This document shows positions 25,990 through 35,751 of a stretch of DNA of 64,000 bases, piece after piece. Each line of letters opens with the position of its first letter. Position 1 is the first letter of the stretch. The stretch is from Candidatus Thorarchaeota archaeon. Lineage in GTDB: Archaea > Asgardarchaeota > Thorarchaeia > Thorarchaeales > Thorarchaeaceae. The translations under genes and the position numbers were made by a program. The DNA is taken from positions 70,527 through 134,526 of the forward strand of contig JBHLRP010000002.1 of the NCBI GenBank assembly GCA_048882485.1, in the 5' to 3' direction. The notes beneath the pieces are model-generated. The model was given only the letters and a program-made list of their open reading frames with translations. It had not been told where the DNA came from and searched no databases.

Positions 25990-28293
25990 ATGGACATTGA
26001 GAAGCACACTCTCATCATCCCGACAACTGCAGCCCGTAGTATCCAGTTAGCGGGAGGTCCACCAATGGAGCAGGCTATTCCGGAGGATTATGTTCTTACA
26101 TCAATGGTAATGCGCGCTCTTGAGGCTCGAAATGGCCAGGAACTGGAGTTTGTCCTTAAGACATACTATCCCATAATGGTCGTGCAGTCTTCAATACCCA
26201 ATTTCTGCTTCTTAATTGAGCTACTCGGAATTAGCTCTGGGAGTTTGCTGCCCATGACTGGGAATGATATCTCAGGCATTCAGAACTGCATTGAATCATC
26301 TGAAACCCCAAACCAACTCCAAAAGTGCATTGAAGATACACACGACTTGGTTGCCTCCCTGATGAAGAGCAATGAGATGACCATTCCAGGATTGCTCTCC
26401 GGAGAGCAGGCTGATGGGATTTCAGACCTTATGGATTGGCCAATAAGTGATGTTCTGGAGGAATTTGGTCTTCTTTTGCCAGAGGCCATAAGCAGCAAAG
26501 AAGTATCTCGCTTGTTTGACACTCTATTCGAAACCTCCCGTGTCCTTGGTTCGGTAAATGATCTTCTCTCAAAACTGCTGGATATGATTCATCAGAAAAT
26601 CATGAATATTGTTGGTGAGAGAAAATCTGAGTCATCTCACAAGACCAACAGACTGCAGCAACGAATAGAGTTCTTGAAAAGAGAAATCGAGATGCTCGAT
26701 TCTCGTTTGGAACAAAGGCGCGATGCCGCAGAATTGATGCATGAAAGAAAAGCAAGAGCTGATGCGCTAAAGAGGGATGAGGCACGGCTCGAGGAATTGC
26801 TTGGGCGCACTCGCGACACCTCAAAGAAGCTGCTGGAACAAGAAGAGCTTCTGCGCAATGAGATTAATGCAATGAGTTCCGCAGTTCGAAAGCAAAGGGA
26901 GCTGCTCGATAATTACCTTGTACCACTTAGAGGGATTGAAATTCAGGACAAATCATCACTTCTTCTAATACCCTTTGTCATGGCTGGTTTCTCTAAGAAG
27001 GGGCGCTTGAAAATCGTGGTATATCCACCTTCTCGACTAAAGGATGAGCGACAAAAAGTTGGGCGCTTGCGGGAATTTGCTGACGTCTTCGTACCTTCTT
27101 CAGATGCGATGAGTTCCTTAGCAAGCATAATCAATAGCCGTGCAAACAGAGATGTGACCCTGAGGAAACATATCAGAGAACTCTCAAAAGAGATGAGTCT
27201 TCTAGCTTCAAAACGCGCCCGCAAGTTGCTTCGTGAAGGGACTCAAGCTCTTGTAGCGGATGGCTTGATCAAGAGGTCAATGATGCAGGAGCTGGACTCA
27301 ATTCTCGATGGGATTCCTGAGCAAAGCATCAAAGCCAGGAGAGTGAAAAGGTCCAAAGTCTTTCCTGCTGGAGACGCCGCTTGTAGGGTTAGATTCCACG
27401 TATATGACGATTCAGGAAATCCAGTGCCTGGAGCTGCTCTTGAGTTGGGTGCTTTTACCGCGAGTTCTGATTCCAAGGGAGTGATAAAAGCCTCCTTTCC
27501 AAAGAGCAATTATGAGGGACGAGTTAGTGCCAGAGGCTATCGTGAGCGCCAGTTGGAGTTCACGCTCAATACGCCAGGAAACATCGTCGTTCCGATAGTA
27601 CTTAGCCCGCTTTCAAAAGAAGAGAAATTGGATAAAGAGCTGGATGTCCTCATTGATCGTGCAAACAGAATTGAACGTATTCGGGAACGGCTCGGAGAAG
27701 CATTTGAGAAACAAGGGGCTACACTTCTGAAAATTCCAGCATACAGAAGTGCGTTGGTCGAATTGCTATCTGAGCTAGGATATGATGCGGAAGCTTGGAT
27801 TGCTCAGGCAAGAAGGAAACGAGGCATGGTCAAAGGTCTGCTCAAACGAGACGATCGAATTGATGGTGTGAGAAGAGACATACTACGACTTGCTGAGGAG
27901 TCCAGGGAGTCTGGTGGTGTGATGCTCTTCTCCAAACTGCTTTTGCGTCTTGATAATATGGGTTGGGCGACTAGTTCAGATGAAGCGGAAGCCATTATCA
28001 GGCACATGTCAAAGGAAGGTCTCATTGAAGGACTTTCCACCCTCGAGAGTGGAGCTGTGATTGTGAAATTCATTCCAGTTGCTTTGACTGATGACCCTCA
28101 GCAGCTCATGAGTCTCGCAGCAGAAGGTGATGGAAGTCTGACTATTGAGGCAGCGATTGTGAAGCTTGGTTGGACTGAAGAGCGCGTCAAGAACGCATTG
28201 GATCTGCTCGTTGAAGAGGGTGTCGCCAAGATGCAAAGGAGCTATTCTAAGAGTACACAATATTGGTTCCCCGGGCTTCGGGGAAAGAAATAA
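25990..28293 (+). CDS. Coiled-coil + Ig-like (carboxypeptidase-regulatory-like) + ESCRT-II Vps22/EAP30-like domain protein
   Basis: Central heptads; VYDDSGNPVPGA...SDSKG...VSARGY beta-sandwich; C-terminal GGVM...IPVALTDD...LGWTEERVKNALDLLVEEG...YWFPG resembles EAP30 (GGLI...VPAELNMD...LKWETERARQVLEHLLKEG...YWLPA). Confidence 0.8.
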   Translation: MDIEKHTLIIPTTAARSIQLAGGPPMEQAIPEDYVLTSMVMRALEARNGQELEFVLKTYYPIMVVQSSIPNFCFLIELLGISSGSLLPMTGNDISGIQNCIESSETPNQLQKCIEDTHDLVASLMKSNEMTIPGLLSGEQADGISDLMDWPISDVLEEFGLLLPEAISSKEVSRLFDTLFETSRVLGSVNDLLSKLLDMIHQKIMNIVGERKSESSHKTNRLQQRIEFLKREIEMLDSRLEQRRDAAELMHERKARADALKRDEARLEELLGRTRDTSKKLLEQEELLRNEINAMSSAVRKQRELLDNYLVPLRGIEIQDKSSLLLIPFVMAGFSKKGRLKIVVYPPSRLKDERQKVGRLREFADVFVPSSDAMSSLASIINSRANRDVTLRKHIRELSKEMSLLASKRARKLLREGTQALVADGLIKRSMMQELDSILDGIPEQSIKARRVKRSKVFPAGDAACRVRFHVYDDSGNPVPGAALELGAFTASSDSKGVIKASFPKSNYEGRVSARGYRERQLEFTLNTPGNIVVPIVLSPLSKEEKLDKELDVLIDRANRIERIRERLGEAFEKQGATLLKIPAYRSALVELLSELGYDAEAWIAQARRKRGMVKGLLKRDDRIDGVRRDILRLAEESRESGGVMLFSKLLLRLDNMGWATSSDEAEAIIRHMSKEGLIEGLSTLESGAVIVKFIPVALTDDPQQLMSLAAEGDGSLTIEAAIVKLGWTEERVKNALDLLVEEGVAKMQRSYSKSTQYWFPGLRGKK

Positions 28294-28332
28294 GACCCTC
28301 TCAACTCAACCAGCCACATTGAGGAATTTCCA

Positions 28333-29121
28333 ATGAACCGTTTGTCGCATATGATATTTGCATTTTCTCTTTTCGTAGGAATGTACACGCTAATCTATGC
28401 CTTCAGTGTCTGGCTAGCTGGCTCTGGCCTTCTCTTTGATCTGCTGTTCTATTACATTGCAGGTGGTATTATTCTCACTATTTTTGCCGTGCCAATCCTG
28501 TTCTTCAAAGCCCCAAACAAAGACATGGCCAACCGAACGAGTAGCAACCGTGGTGCTGTGGGGGCGATGTCATTCATGACATTCTGCATTGGTTCACTTT
28601 GTGGAGCTGTTTATTATCAGTGGACTTCGGGAATTCTCTTCATTGGAGATATCTCCATTTTCATAGGTGCCGTGATAACGATGTCAGGCGCACTCATGCC
28701 AGACTGGGATATCCCATTTCTGGGAATAGCAAGACACAGAAACATCATTTTTCATTCCATAATTCTTCCGCTCCTCATTGTCTTGATGACGCTAGTTAAT
28801 GTTGCGCAAAGCATTGTTTCTTCATATTCATTGAGTATCGGGGCTCACACAGAATACTACATCACCGCCCTCTTTCTGATTGGATATGCCTCACATCTCT
28901 ACCTGGATATCTTTCCAAGTGATGCAAATCCATTGGAGATAATCTGGCGCTCTGTAGACATTACTAGCAGCGCTCCAACTGGATTGAAACCCTTTGGCCC
29001 TATTAATATCTCAAAGAAGAACGCTCGAATGTGGCTAGTAGGAAATGCAACCCTGCTAGCGCTCATTGCATTGGGATTGCTAGGACTCTACTTCTATAAT
29101 CTGACGCTTTTGGCACCGTAG
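28333..29121 (+). CDS. Membrane-bound metal-dependent hydrolase (YdjM-like)
   Basis: Multi-TM with SH, MPDWD, HRNIIFHS and GYASHLYLD motifs. Confidence 0.75.
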   Translation: MNRLSHMIFAFSLFVGMYTLIYAFSVWLAGSGLLFDLLFYYIAGGIILTIFAVPILFFKAPNKDMANRTSSNRGAVGAMSFMTFCIGSLCGAVYYQWTSGILFIGDISIFIGAVITMSGALMPDWDIPFLGIARHRNIIFHSIILPLLIVLMTLVNVAQSIVSSYSLSIGAHTEYYITALFLIGYASHLYLDIFPSDANPLEIIWRSVDITSSAPTGLKPFGPINISKKNARMWLVGNATLLALIALGLLGLYFYNLTLLAP

Positions 29122-29123
29122 GA

Positions 29124-29417
29124 TTAATCCCAATCGTCGTCGAGGAATTCATCCTCCTCTTCGAGTTCACGCTCAGGAGGCAAATCGCTATCCTCGTCAA
29201 AATCGTCTTCATCGTCATCCTCAAATAGAAATGTGTCAGGGTCGACTTCTTCTTCACTCTCTTCAAGTGCATCGGCTCGCTTTGCCTTCTTCTTGAGATG
29301 GCTTGCCATACATAGATTGTCCAAGGGATCGTAATGTTCGCATTCTGGGCAACACTCCCCTTTGTGATCGCAGGTATAGAATGCCCCGCATATCTTGCAA
29401 CACTTCAGTTCCGACAC
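29124..29417 (-). CDS. Small Cys-rich protein with acidic tail ending DDDWD
   Basis: CCKIC..C...CCPEC...C N-terminal half, then an Asp/Glu-rich disordered tail. Confidence 0.7.
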   Translation of the reverse strand: MSELKCCKICGAFYTCDHKGECCPECEHYDPLDNLCMASHLKKKAKRADALEESEEEVDPDTFLFEDDDEDDFDEDSDLPPERELEEEDEFLDDDWD

Positions 29418-29552
29418 ATTTCTGCACCATGGAATTGTAGTAATACATATGAACTCTCATTTATGCCAAATAAGCGTGTCCCTGTGATACCGTTTTGCCG
29501 TCCAGTTAACGTTAAATGAGTCGAACTAGGATTTGTTTCAGAGTGGTTACAT

Positions 29553-31289
29553 TTGGACAGTCTTGAGAACGAGGTGCGCAAATTCGTCTTGGACAATGGG
29601 GTTAAGTATGATGGCAAGCCAACTGTTAAGTCGGTCATGAGTGCGATAATGGGTGCCAGAGCGGACTTGCGGTCTCGCGCTCGTGAGATAAAGGAAATCG
29701 CTCAACATCTAGTGACAGAAGTTGAGAAGATGTCAGTAGAGGAGCAGCGAGCCGAGCTGAAGATGATAGCCCCAGAAATGTTGGAGGTGCCTCCCGAGGC
29801 CATTGAAGATAAAGAACTTCCAGATCTTCCTAATGTCGACAAATGGCCCAAAGTAGTAATGCGACTTGCACCCTTTCCTTCTGGTCCATTGCATATCGGC
29901 AATGCAAGAATGGTTATTCTAAATGATTACTATGTCAAGAGATATGATGGTGAATTGATACTCGTCTTTGATGATACGATTGGTTCAGCAGATAAGGCAG
30001 TGGAGCCAGATGCCTTTGACCTGATTCCAGAAGGACTCGAATACCTCGATGTCAAGTGGCATCGTATTGTCTACAAATCTGATCGGTTGCAGATCTTCTA
30101 CAAATACGCAGTTGACCTCATCGAACGGAACGAGGCCTATGTATGCGACTGTGATGCTGATGTCTGGAGGACGGAGCATAAGGTCAAAGGAAAAGCTTGC
30201 AGTTGTAGCTTTCTGACCTCTAAGGAGAACCTCGCTAGATGGGAAAAGATGCTGGATGGAACGTATCCTGAGAGAGGTGCAGCTGTACGACTTAGGACAG
30301 GTATGACTGATCCAGATCCTGCTATGCGGGACCACGTGATTCTGCGAATCTCCGAAACGGAACATCACCGAGTGGGTACGAAATATCGGGTTTGGCCTCT
30401 CTTGGAGTATTCATGGGGCATTGACGACCATGAGCTTGGAGTCACGCATATCATTCGAGGCAAAGACTTGGTGAAAGAGGGTAAGATTGAGCAACACATC
30501 TGGAATATCTACGGATGGCAGCATCCCGAGCTTATCTACTTTGGCCGACTGAAATTCCAGGACGCCAAGCTCAGTAAGAGCAAGTCACGAAAGGAAGTGC
30601 TCGAGGGTGTCTATTCCGGATGGGATGACCCACGAACATGGAGTTTGCAGTCATTGCAGAAGCGGGGAATACATCCTGATGCTATTAGAAAAGCACTGCT
30701 TGATTTGGGTCTCAGCATCACTGACATCTCAATGTCAATGAAGGCTGTATATGCAGAGAATCGCAAGCTTCGTGATGCTGATGCACCCCGGGCATTCTTT
30801 GTGACATCGCCTATTTGGTTGGACTTGTACCAAGTTCCTGAAGGTATACAATCCGCAGAAGCTCCAGTGCATCCAGATTTTCCAAAGCGCGGTAAACGCA
30901 ATATACCGCTTTCACGTGAGAAAGCTGACTCGCTTGTGAGAGTTGGTATATCTGACGCAGACTATAGGAAATTGTCTGAAGGTGAAGTCTTTAGATTGAA
31001 GGACTTGGCAAATTTCACCCTGAAGAAAGGGAAGAAACCCCAGGGCGTTTTTCACAGTCTGGATGTTGATGAAATCCGCCAAGTTGGAGGCTCAATCATT
31101 CATTGGATTCCAAAGTCAGCCTCTGTGCCAGTTGAATTGACAATGATTGATGGAGAGCTGGTGACCGGGCTGGGCGAACCAGGAATGCGTGCTATTAGAG
31201 AAGGCACATTCCTCCAATTCGAGCGAGTGGGTTTTGCCCGAATCTATGAATCGGGTGACATTATCAAGGCTGCATTCTCACACAAATGA
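29553..31289 (+). CDS. gltX: Glutamate--tRNA ligase (archaeal type)
   Basis: RLAPFPSGPLHIGN (HIGH), THIIRGKD, KLSKS (KMSKS), WDDPR, QFERVGFAR. Confidence 0.96.
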   Translation: MDSLENEVRKFVLDNGVKYDGKPTVKSVMSAIMGARADLRSRAREIKEIAQHLVTEVEKMSVEEQRAELKMIAPEMLEVPPEAIEDKELPDLPNVDKWPKVVMRLAPFPSGPLHIGNARMVILNDYYVKRYDGELILVFDDTIGSADKAVEPDAFDLIPEGLEYLDVKWHRIVYKSDRLQIFYKYAVDLIERNEAYVCDCDADVWRTEHKVKGKACSCSFLTSKENLARWEKMLDGTYPERGAAVRLRTGMTDPDPAMRDHVILRISETEHHRVGTKYRVWPLLEYSWGIDDHELGVTHIIRGKDLVKEGKIEQHIWNIYGWQHPELIYFGRLKFQDAKLSKSKSRKEVLEGVYSGWDDPRTWSLQSLQKRGIHPDAIRKALLDLGLSITDISMSMKAVYAENRKLRDADAPRAFFVTSPIWLDLYQVPEGIQSAEAPVHPDFPKRGKRNIPLSREKADSLVRVGISDADYRKLSEGEVFRLKDLANFTLKKGKKPQGVFHSLDVDEIRQVGGSIIHWIPKSASVPVELTMIDGELVTGLGEPGMRAIREGTFLQFERVGFARIYESGDIIKAAFSHK

Positions 31290-31339
31290 ATCGTACCAAG
31301 CGGCCAAAGATGACTTATAGCTGAGGCGCATTTCCTAGC

Positions 31340-32101
31340 ATGGTGTCAATATTGGCCAAGAAGAAGTCCGCAAAACCCAAGGTGTCTGCATCAATGTTCA
31401 AAATAACTGGTGCTCATGCCAAGATGAAGATTGATCAAAAGAAGGAGAAGATGTTCTACTTCAAAGAGAAGGTGAAGCCAGAGAAAGCTATGAAGAATGC
31501 CCTCAAGGATGGCGCAGATTTCCTCGAAGTATCTCCTGATGTAGCAAAGGCCTCCAAACCGGCTCTGAAGTATGAATTCTATTGCATCTATAATGCAATT
31601 CTTGAGCTCAAATTCCTTCGCCTTAGACGCCAAGAACTCGGTGTCAATGATCAGGTGTCGGGTGCATTTGTTGGTAAAGAGGTAATTCTGCCAAAGAAGG
31701 GCAAGACAATTCCAGGGAGAGCCCTTCATCTTGAGCTGATTGAACTCTTCGAGCTGAAGAGAACTGACGGAATGACTGTTGATGGAAAGACAGGTGGTCC
31801 AGCTGATGCTGTTGAGAAACTATTGAAAGGCCCAGGCAAGAAGAAGGCGACGCCGGCGTGGATTCGTAAAAACAAGATTGCCTCAGGGAAGTACAACTCG
31901 ATTGAGAAGGTTGTCAAGACCGTTGCCAAGCTTGCAGGCAGCAGGCCATCTGATGCAAAGCGAGTTACTGAACACAGTTTGACCTTCAAACGGCTTGATG
32001 GATTCTATGTTCCCGCATATTATGTGAAGGTCAAAGCAGGTGGAAAGGCTCAGACGATGCGTGTCAATGGCCTCAATGGCTCAGTATCCCTTGATGTCTA
32101 G
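31340..32101 (+). CDS. Basic (Lys-rich) hypothetical protein
   Basis: 253-aa ORF, Lys-rich, C-terminal FYVPAYYVKV...RVNGLNG. Confidence 0.65.
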   Translation: MVSILAKKKSAKPKVSASMFKITGAHAKMKIDQKKEKMFYFKEKVKPEKAMKNALKDGADFLEVSPDVAKASKPALKYEFYCIYNAILELKFLRLRRQELGVNDQVSGAFVGKEVILPKKGKTIPGRALHLELIELFELKRTDGMTVDGKTGGPADAVEKLLKGPGKKKATPAWIRKNKIASGKYNSIEKVVKTVAKLAGSRPSDAKRVTEHSLTFKRLDGFYVPAYYVKVKAGGKAQTMRVNGLNGSVSLDV

Positions 32102-33675
32102 TCCTCAGACTTGCCCCACCCTCCTCCACCTGGTGTTTCAATACGGATGATGGCTCCTTTCGGAGCAGTCACCGTGGTCTTGGCTTGCAGCTCATGTACC
32201 TGACCTTCGTACTCTACGCTGTTTTTGCCGGAAACACCAGCCTCCCCTCCTTTGAGGCCCCAAGGTCTACTCTGCCGTCTCTCAGATTGTATTGACACCG
32301 TGCAATCATCGCAGAGGAGTTCTATTTCCCTGACAATTCCATTTCCACCATGCCACTTGCCCGCTCCACCAGTTCTTTGCCTAATTATATATCGCCAGAT
32401 TCGGAGTGGGTATGAGTCTTCTAGTGACTCAATAGGAGTGTTTAAGGTATTAGTCATGTGAGTATGAATCCCATTCTCTCCATGTATCCCCGGCATTGCA
32501 CCAACTCCACCCCCTATGGTTTCATAGAATGAAAATGGAGTATTTGATCGCTTGTCAATGCCGCCGATTGCTACATTGTTCATGGTTCCTTGGCTGGCTG
32601 CAGGAGTTTCTTCAGGAGCAATTGATGCCATTGCACCAAGTATGACATCAACGATCCTTTGCGTGGTTTCAACATTTCCAGCTGATACTGCCGCCGGATA
32701 TTCGGGATTGAGAAGTGAGCCCTCTGGGACATTAACATTCAAAATACTCCAACAGCCCTCATTTGTAGGAATGTCACTACCGAATAGCACTACAAAGACG
32801 TAGTAGACAGCAGAGAGAGTCGATGCGAGCGGACAGTTAATATTCCCTCTGACCTGGTCAGCTGTCCCTTCAAAATCGATTATGGCTCTTCGTTCTTTGA
32901 TTGCTATTCTTGCGGAAATTGGTACTTCCCAAGTCCCAGCTCCATCGCTGTCCATGAAGTCTGTGAACTCGGATTGCAGCCCAATATAGTTGGTAAGCCT
33001 CTCCGTCATCATCTCTCTCGAATAGTCAATGAGCTCCCTGAAGGATTGAACCAGAGTGCTCCATCCGTGTTCACTTGCGACAGAATGAAGTCTAGCTATC
33101 CCTACATGATTAGCGGCGATCTGTGCATTCAAATCCCCTAACCGTTCATCAGGAGTCCGAGTTGCCTTAAGCAAATCTGATATTGCATCAGGTTCCAACT
33201 TGCCCTTTTGAACAGCAATTCTTGGCTTTATTATGACCCCTTCTTCTTGAATTGAAACAGAAAGTCCTGGCATAGAACCAGGACTCACCCCGCCGACATC
33301 GGCATGATGTGCTCGGTTGGCAACAAAACCTCCTAACATATCGCCATCAAAGACTGGTGCTACTAGTGTCAAGTCAGGCAAATGAGACCCTCCCGAAAAG
33401 GGGTCATTGTGCAACACCATTGTCCCCTCAACAAAGTCATCACCTATTTCATCTATGCATGCTCTCACAGAGAGAGGCATAGCACCCAGATGAACCGGGA
33501 TGTCCTTAGATTGCGCGACCAATTTGCCATCAGTATCAAATACAGCACAGCTGCAATCACGTCGTTCTTTGATATTGGGACTAAATGCAGTCTTTCTCAG
33601 AGCCACACTCATTTCTCTGGACACTGATACGAGGGCACTCTTGATTACTTCGAAAGCAATGGGGTCTTCTATCAT
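32098..33675 (-). CDS. Hydantoinase B / 5-oxoprolinase subunit B
   Basis: FSPNIKERRDCSCA, IPVHLG, NDPFSGGSHLPD, HHADVGG, TPGGGGWG; ATG at 33675 overlaps the subunit A stop (ATGA). Confidence 0.92.
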   Translation of the reverse strand: MIEDPIAFEVIKSALVSVSREMSVALRKTAFSPNIKERRDCSCAVFDTDGKLVAQSKDIPVHLGAMPLSVRACIDEIGDDFVEGTMVLHNDPFSGGSHLPDLTLVAPVFDGDMLGGFVANRAHHADVGGVSPGSMPGLSVSIQEEGVIIKPRIAVQKGKLEPDAISDLLKATRTPDERLGDLNAQIAANHVGIARLHSVASEHGWSTLVQSFRELIDYSREMMTERLTNYIGLQSEFTDFMDSDGAGTWEVPISARIAIKERRAIIDFEGTADQVRGNINCPLASTLSAVYYVFVVLFGSDIPTNEGCWSILNVNVPEGSLLNPEYPAAVSAGNVETTQRIVDVILGAMASIAPEETPAASQGTMNNVAIGGIDKRSNTPFSFYETIGGGVGAMPGIHGENGIHTHMTNTLNTPIESLEDSYPLRIWRYIIRQRTGGAGKWHGGNGIVREIELLCDDCTVSIQSERRQSRPWGLKGGEAGVSGKNSVEYEGQVHELQAKTTVTAPKGAIIRIETPGGGGWGKSED

Positions 33676-35720
33676 CGTGTTGCCCTCCTCAGCCATAGGC
33701 TCCCGTTTCTCTGCTGCTTTCCTTCCCATTCCGGCGCAATGTATGTAGTAGTATCTAGTTGCTCAATGATTGCAGGACCCACTACCTTTTGGTCAAGAGC
33801 AAGCTTCTCACGCAGAAATATGTCGGTCTCCACTCTTTCAGAAACTCCAACAACCACTTCTCTGGAGTGAACCGGCTTCCCATCGCCATCAATTGATTGC
33901 TCTGAAGACTTCCATTTTGCTTGTGGAGATCTTGCTGTGACTCTTGCAGTAACCCACTGAACCTCTCGGTTCTTCATTCTGTAGCCATAGCTTCTTTCAT
34001 GAGCGCTTTCAAAGCCCTTTGCGGAAGCTCCGGCGAGGTCCTTGGCATCAAGCGACACTATAACATTGATTTCATGGGATTGGCCTTTATATCGCATATC
34101 GAGTGACCATTGAAGAGTAATGTCTTCCTGAACAGCTCCCTGCCCGAGAAGCTGAGCTTGGGCATCCTCAGACAGTCTCTCTAGAATCTCCCTGATGCCC
34201 TTCGAAGAAGCAACTTTGCCACTAATCATCACTGTCCTCATAACGTCAACACGAAGGTCTGCACAAATGAGACCCAAGGCAGAGGTGATACCAGGATTCG
34301 GGGGAACAAGAATCGTATCAATCTCTAGAGCAGATGCGATATCGACAGCCTGAGTTGGTCCAGCTCCTCCGAACGGGACAAGGACAAAGTCACGAGGATC
34401 TCTCCCTCTCTCAACAGTGACTTCTCGAATCGCTTGTACCATGTTGTTGGTTGAGATTCTTATGATTCCCAGAGCAGTTTCATCCAGTGACCTATCAAGG
34501 CTGTTGGCGATTTTCCCCACAGCCTCTGAAGCATTCTCTTTGCTGAGGCTGATTTTCCCTCCCACAAAGAAATCTGGATTTAGTCGACCCAATATCAAAT
34601 TGGCATCAGTTATAGTTGCATCTGTGCCTCCCTGTGAATAGGATGCAGGTCCTGGGTCCGCTCCTGCACTCTGTGGGCCGACATGCAACACCCCCGCACG
34701 GTCAATCCATGCGATGCTGCCTCCCCCAGCTCCTATTGTCTTAACATCCACCGATGGCATTCTAACAGGAAGTCCCGCGACCTCATTATCTGGTCTTACT
34801 ATCACACGATTCATGATGGCGCTAATATCGCAAGATGTGCCCCCCATGTCCAGAGTGATCGCTCGATTAACTCTTCCCTGCTTCGCAATCTCCCAACCTC
34901 CTATCACTCCTCCAGCAAGCCCTGAAATAGCCAGCCCTATAACTCCTCCATGAGTCTGTGAGCAGAGAACAGTACCTCCATTAGATTGCATCACTGTTAG
35001 CTTTGTCTTGGGGCAAACTGCTCTGATTGAGGTGTCTAATCGGCTAAGATAATCCAGAATTAGAGGACCCAAAAATGCCTCGAGCACTGTAGTGGATGTC
35101 CGTTCATACTCCCGAAACTCAGGAAGGACCTTTGATGAAGCAACTATGTAGGTATTTTGGACTCCGCGAAGCGCCTCCAATAGCGTTACTTCGTGCCTGG
35201 AGTTCAGGTATGAGAAGAGAAGAGATATTGCCACTGAGTCGGGCTTTCTGTCCTTTACAAGTGACTCTACTCTCTTAATCTCTGCATCTGCTAGATCAAT
35301 AATCGGGTTGCCTTGACTATCAAGACGTTCAGCTACACCAATGCGATTGTTGCTGTCAACAAGCGGTTTGGGCCTTGCCGCAGTGAAGTCATAGATTTCT
35401 TCTCTATTCTGTCTTCCAATCTCTAGAACATCTTCCAGTCCACGTGTAGTTAACAGAAGAACATCAGCGCCTTTTCTCTGCAGCATGGCATTCGTTGCCA
35501 CGGTTGTTCCATGCACTACAAGAGTCACATCTTTTGAGTCGATCCCATGATCAGACAGAATCTCCTCTACCCCAGTTAGGACCGCTAAATCCTGAGAGCT
35601 TGGAGTAGATGGTATTTTGTGAATATAACTCTGGCCTGTAGCTGTGTTGGAAACTATGATATCAGTGAATGTGCCGCCCACATCGACACCTATTACTATC
35701 ATCTTGCTGCTTGTGGTCAT
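33672..35720 (-). CDS. Hydantoinase A / 5-oxoprolinase subunit A
   Basis: GVDVGGTFTD, HGTTVATN, EYERTSTT, DMGGTSCD, IGAGGGS, FGGAGP. Confidence 0.93.
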   Translation of the reverse strand: MTTSSKMIVIGVDVGGTFTDIIVSNTATGQSYIHKIPSTPSSQDLAVLTGVEEILSDHGIDSKDVTLVVHGTTVATNAMLQRKGADVLLLTTRGLEDVLEIGRQNREEIYDFTAARPKPLVDSNNRIGVAERLDSQGNPIIDLADAEIKRVESLVKDRKPDSVAISLLFSYLNSRHEVTLLEALRGVQNTYIVASSKVLPEFREYERTSTTVLEAFLGPLILDYLSRLDTSIRAVCPKTKLTVMQSNGGTVLCSQTHGGVIGLAISGLAGGVIGGWEIAKQGRVNRAITLDMGGTSCDISAIMNRVIVRPDNEVAGLPVRMPSVDVKTIGAGGGSIAWIDRAGVLHVGPQSAGADPGPASYSQGGTDATITDANLILGRLNPDFFVGGKISLSKENASEAVGKIANSLDRSLDETALGIIRISTNNMVQAIREVTVERGRDPRDFVLVPFGGAGPTQAVDIASALEIDTILVPPNPGITSALGLICADLRVDVMRTVMISGKVASSKGIREILERLSEDAQAQLLGQGAVQEDITLQWSLDMRYKGQSHEINVIVSLDAKDLAGASAKGFESAHERSYGYRMKNREVQWVTARVTARSPQAKWKSSEQSIDGDGKPVHSREVVVGVSERVETDIFLREKLALDQKVVGPAIIEQLDTTTYIAPEWEGKQQRNGSLWLRRATR

Positions 35721-35751
35721 TCATGAGATAAGAACGCTTGGGACTCTTTGG

